A DNA stretch of 64,000 bases from Eledone cirrhosa (lineage: Eukaryota), in contig OZ024741.1 in the NCBI GenBank assembly GCA_964016885.1, positions 91,698,001 to 91,762,000 on the forward strand. Reading direction: 5' to 3'. Shown here piece by piece: positions 60,777-64,000 of this stretch; the stretch's first letter is position 1; each line of letters opens with the position of its first letter. The notes under the pieces were generated by a model. That model was not told the origin of the DNA and made no database searches. It saw only the letters and a program-made list of their open reading frames with translations. The position numbers were made by a program, and so were the translations under genes.

Positions 60777-60804
60777 TATGCATATGTATATATATATATG
60801 CATA

Positions 60805-60898
<94 letters not shown>

Positions 60899-60975
60899 TA
60901 TATATTTATAGGTATATATATATATACATATATACGATATTAATAAATGGTAACTATATTTATAAAACCATATTT

Positions 60976-61038
60976 ATTTCATTATACATATTTCAGGGAT
61001 ACCAAATTAAATTATGGTATGCTTTCATCAGACAAAAT
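60976..61038 (-). ncRNA. Minimal type I hammerhead ribozyme (one extra stem II mismatch)
   Basis: Inverted copy of 61518-61580. Confidence 0.65.
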
Positions 61039-61154
61039 ACAATATATAACATTATCTCCCCTCTCTCTATATAATATTTCTCTCTCTTGAGTTTTTCTAT
61101 CTGTCTGATGACTTAATATCTCTCTGTTGCTTTCCTCTGTTTTTCTTATTTCTT

Positions 61155-61295
61155 CCTTTTTTCTTTTTTCTTTTTTCTTTTTTTCTTTTTTCTTTTTTCT
61201 TTTTTCTTTTTTCTTTTTTCTTTTTTCTTTTTTCTTTTTTCTTTTTTCTTTTTTCTTTTTTCTTTTTTCTTTTTTCTTTTTTCTTTTTTCTTTCT
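61155..61295. repeat. (TTTTTTC)n repeat
   Basis: Seen directly. Confidence 0.95.
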
Positions 61296-61517
61296 TTCCT
61301 CCTGTCTTTATTTATCTCTTTCTTTTTTCTCCATGCATTTCTCTCTCTCCGATATTTCTCCACGTTTTTTCTTTCTCTCCGTCTTTTTCTAATTTTCCTT
61401 AACACTATGACTTATTAAAATAATATAAACAACTCACTATCCGGATGGCTTCCAAAAATAATGGTTGCATTTTAAAAGGGTACGTCAAAGCTTATTTGTA
61501 AAACTGTTATATATTGT

Positions 61518-61580
61518 ATTTTGTCTGATGAAGGCATACCATAATTTAATTTGGTATCCCTGAAATATGTATAATGAAAT
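61518..61580 (+). ncRNA. Minimal type I hammerhead ribozyme
   Basis: AUUUUGU-CUGAUGA-AGG.AUACCA/UGGUAU.CCU-GAAA-UAUGUA-UA|AUGAAAU. Confidence 0.75.
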
Positions 61581-61882
61581 AAATATGGTTTTATAAATAT
61601 AGTTTCCATTTATCGTATATCTACTCCAAATACTTGTCGAGTGCTTTATATCAGTTATAAAAATATTTACTTGTTGTATCCCAACAATTTTAAATAGAAC
61701 TTTTGCATATATATATATATATATATATATATTGTTATACTTGGGGAGGGTCATATTTGTGTAATATTGCCAGAATTAATAACAGAACACACTCACTGTT
61801 TGGTTGGTTTTCACTTCTCGCTGTCTTTTATATCTGCGATCTAACTTAATCGGTCCTCAATGTTGCCATTGACTGACCGCCG

Positions 61883-61992
<110 letters not shown>

Positions 61993-62243
61993 AACTGTGA
62001 AGTTTATCGGAATAATTCCATTTTACCTAACTGCAATCTTTGAAATACCGAGACTCTATTAATAATTGCTAATCATGGTAATTTAATTAATAAAAAAGTG
62101 AGTTATTCTCAAATTGCTTCCATAAATCTGCAACAACATTTCAAGCATCATATAAAATTAGGAAAAAACATTGACTGAGTGAGAAAAGATATTGACATTT
62201 ATTAATAATTCTTGTAATGCTTCTATTATTGCTATTACTGATA

Positions 62244-62428
62244 GGGCGGTGGATTGGCAGTATCGGTAGAGGGTCGGACGCCATGTTTTCCACCATAGTT
62301 ACGTCCCTTTACGATCTGAGTTCAAATCCCGCCGAGGTTGACTTTGCCTTTCATCCTTACGGGGTCGATAAAATAAAGTACCAGTAATGCACTGGATAAT
62401 TGCTGGCCTTGTGCCTAAAGTAGAAACA
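62244..62428 (+). mobile_element. Full-length tRNA-derived SINE with 19-bp target-site duplication
   Basis: A box TGGCAGTATCGG, B box GAGTTCAAATCCC; TSD ATTATTGCTATTA(C/T)TGATA at 62225-62243 and 62429-62447. Confidence 0.9.
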
Positions 62429-63252
62429 ATTATTGCTATTATTGATATTGTGTAAAATGTCTCTACCTCACCTTAGGAAATGCATACCTGTTCTTTAAAA
62501 GAGTATGATAATCTCTTGATTGTTTAAATACCTTTAGTTTCGATTTAGAATCCTCTTTTACAATCTTGTATTTTATAAATTTGAGATCTGTAATATCTTC
62601 AGACTTTTAAACCGTTTAATTTAATTTAAACGTTTAGATACGTCGTACGAAGATATTGTTTACATTTATCGTGTATAAGTTTCGTTTTATCTAAATTGAT
62701 TAATAATCTGTATTTAACTTGATTTATAGTATTGAATACAGTAAAATTTGGTTGAATCGAAATATTAATACTCTCAAGTGTAAATATAACTAATAATTAA
62801 TCCTATATGTAATTGACAAATATCGATTTAAATAGTATTGTTTATATAAAATGCTTATACAGATGCTAATATCTAAGTTAAGTTTAATAATATCATATTT
62901 AATATATTTGTAAGCACCATTGTTAGTTTATAATATTTTGAATTTTGAATGTTATAACTAAATTATTGAATGTATTTACTAATTTAAGTTTGCTCCAGAT
63001 TATCTTTGAAAATATGTTATACTATTAATTTTGATATAATATAATAGTTTAATTTCTTTCAAATATTATAGAGTAAAAATTTCACGGTATTTAATTGATG
63101 GTTTCTACCTAACTTAATATTTGAAAAAAAAAATGGTCACGCATCGTATACCTCTACTCTTCTTTTCCTTATGTAATTATATTATACCATCTATATGTCC
63201 CTTTCTTCGTTTTTATCTTCATCTCTCTATCTTTTCCTTTTCTCCTCTATTT

Positions 63253-63254
<2 letters not shown>

Positions 63255-63316
<62 letters not shown>
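63255..63316. repeat. (CT)n microsatellite
   Basis: Seen directly. Confidence 0.95.
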
Positions 63317-63319
<3 letters not shown>

Positions 63320-63582
63320 GTTTTTTTTCTCTAATACAGATATTTACATATTTAATTATTTAAATATTTAACAATTATGGAGTTATGTGTTTATGTATTT
63401 TACTTATCTATATATGTATTTATTTTTTTTTTTTCTACACATTTTCCTGCATACCCTCTCAATTATATGTAGTTTGTCATGTTACTACTTATGGTATATA
63501 AATATTGAGTTTTGTCATAACTAATCACTGCCAAGACTGGACTTGAACCATCAGCACAGTTGAGGTATGTCAGACATCAATT

Positions 63583-63648
63583 TATTTTATCTGATGAGGA
63601 CGTACTGGGGAAACAGCACAGTACCTCTGAAATATATATAATAAAATA
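63583..63648 (+). ncRNA. Minimal type I hammerhead ribozyme
   Basis: UAUUUUAU-CUGAUGA-GGA.GUACUG/CAGUAC.UCU-GAAA-UAUAUA-UA|AUAAAAUA; palindromic loop 3. Confidence 0.8.
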
Positions 63649-63842
63649 TATTTGATCACATGAATGTCTATATTTATTAATATTTTAAATTAATCTTAAT
63701 AACTCCAGAAAACTTTCTTTGTTGAGTGCTTCTAATCTAGTGTAAAACTATATTCATTGATCAATCAATGAACCTTGTTTAACTTTTGATTATATTATAT
63801 ATATATTTATGGGTATATATATATATATATATATGGGGCGGG

Positions 63843-64000
63843 GGGTAAAAGGTAAAGACCCCCTTCGGTCACGGATGACCATGGTATTTTCACCTAGAAA
63901 GTTCCCCTGCAAGGCACGCACAAGTCTGGGCAAGGTTGTTTTGTAGAAGACCAGCAGTTTCCCATGCATACCAGCTTCCCTTCTCTACACCACCGATGTT
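63843..64000 (-). mobile_element. 3' part of a SINE with a TTTACC-type tail, runs off the right edge
   Basis: Reverse complement ..CCATGGTCATCCGTGACCGAAGGGGGTCTTTACCTTTTACC; related to 37500-37786. Confidence 0.6.

Larger units (their letters stand above)
60934..61706. mobile_element. Penelope-like remnant with inverted ~115-bp arms (60934-61051 / 61505-61620), between (TA)n tracts
   Basis: The arms are reverse complements; each holds a hammerhead. Confidence 0.7.

Noticed and set aside
62244-62330. tRNA genes at A/B-box sites
   Set aside because: No complete cloverleaf; followed by SINE body, tail and TSD.

Overview
Eukaryotic, AT-rich, repeat-dense DNA with no recognisable host gene. The SINE types suggest an octopus-like cephalopod (inference). 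Positions 1-35.5 kb and 46.9-58.7 kb are clusters of non-LTR retrotransposons strung along (AAT)n tracts with strict polarity. All Tx1-like (L1-group, APE-RT, two-ORF) elements lie on the - strand and end in (ATT)n. All Dong/R4-like (single-ORF, RT plus restriction-like endonuclease) elements lie on the + strand and end in (TAA)n. A third R4-like family sits in (TACA)n, and Penelope-type hammerhead-ribozyme/inverted-repeat elements sit in (TA)n. tRNA-derived SINEs, an RTE fragment and a CRE-like fragment fill the rest. Most notable: the two-clade, opposite-strand (AAT)n array; multi-pseudoknot folds of similar topology upstream of the start codon in two divergent Dong families; a conserved splice-donor motif over the ORF1 stop of three divergent Tx1 ORF1s; an ORF1/5'UTR swap; SINE tails matching the Tx1 3' end; and several hammerheads. 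All alignments and folds were done by eye.
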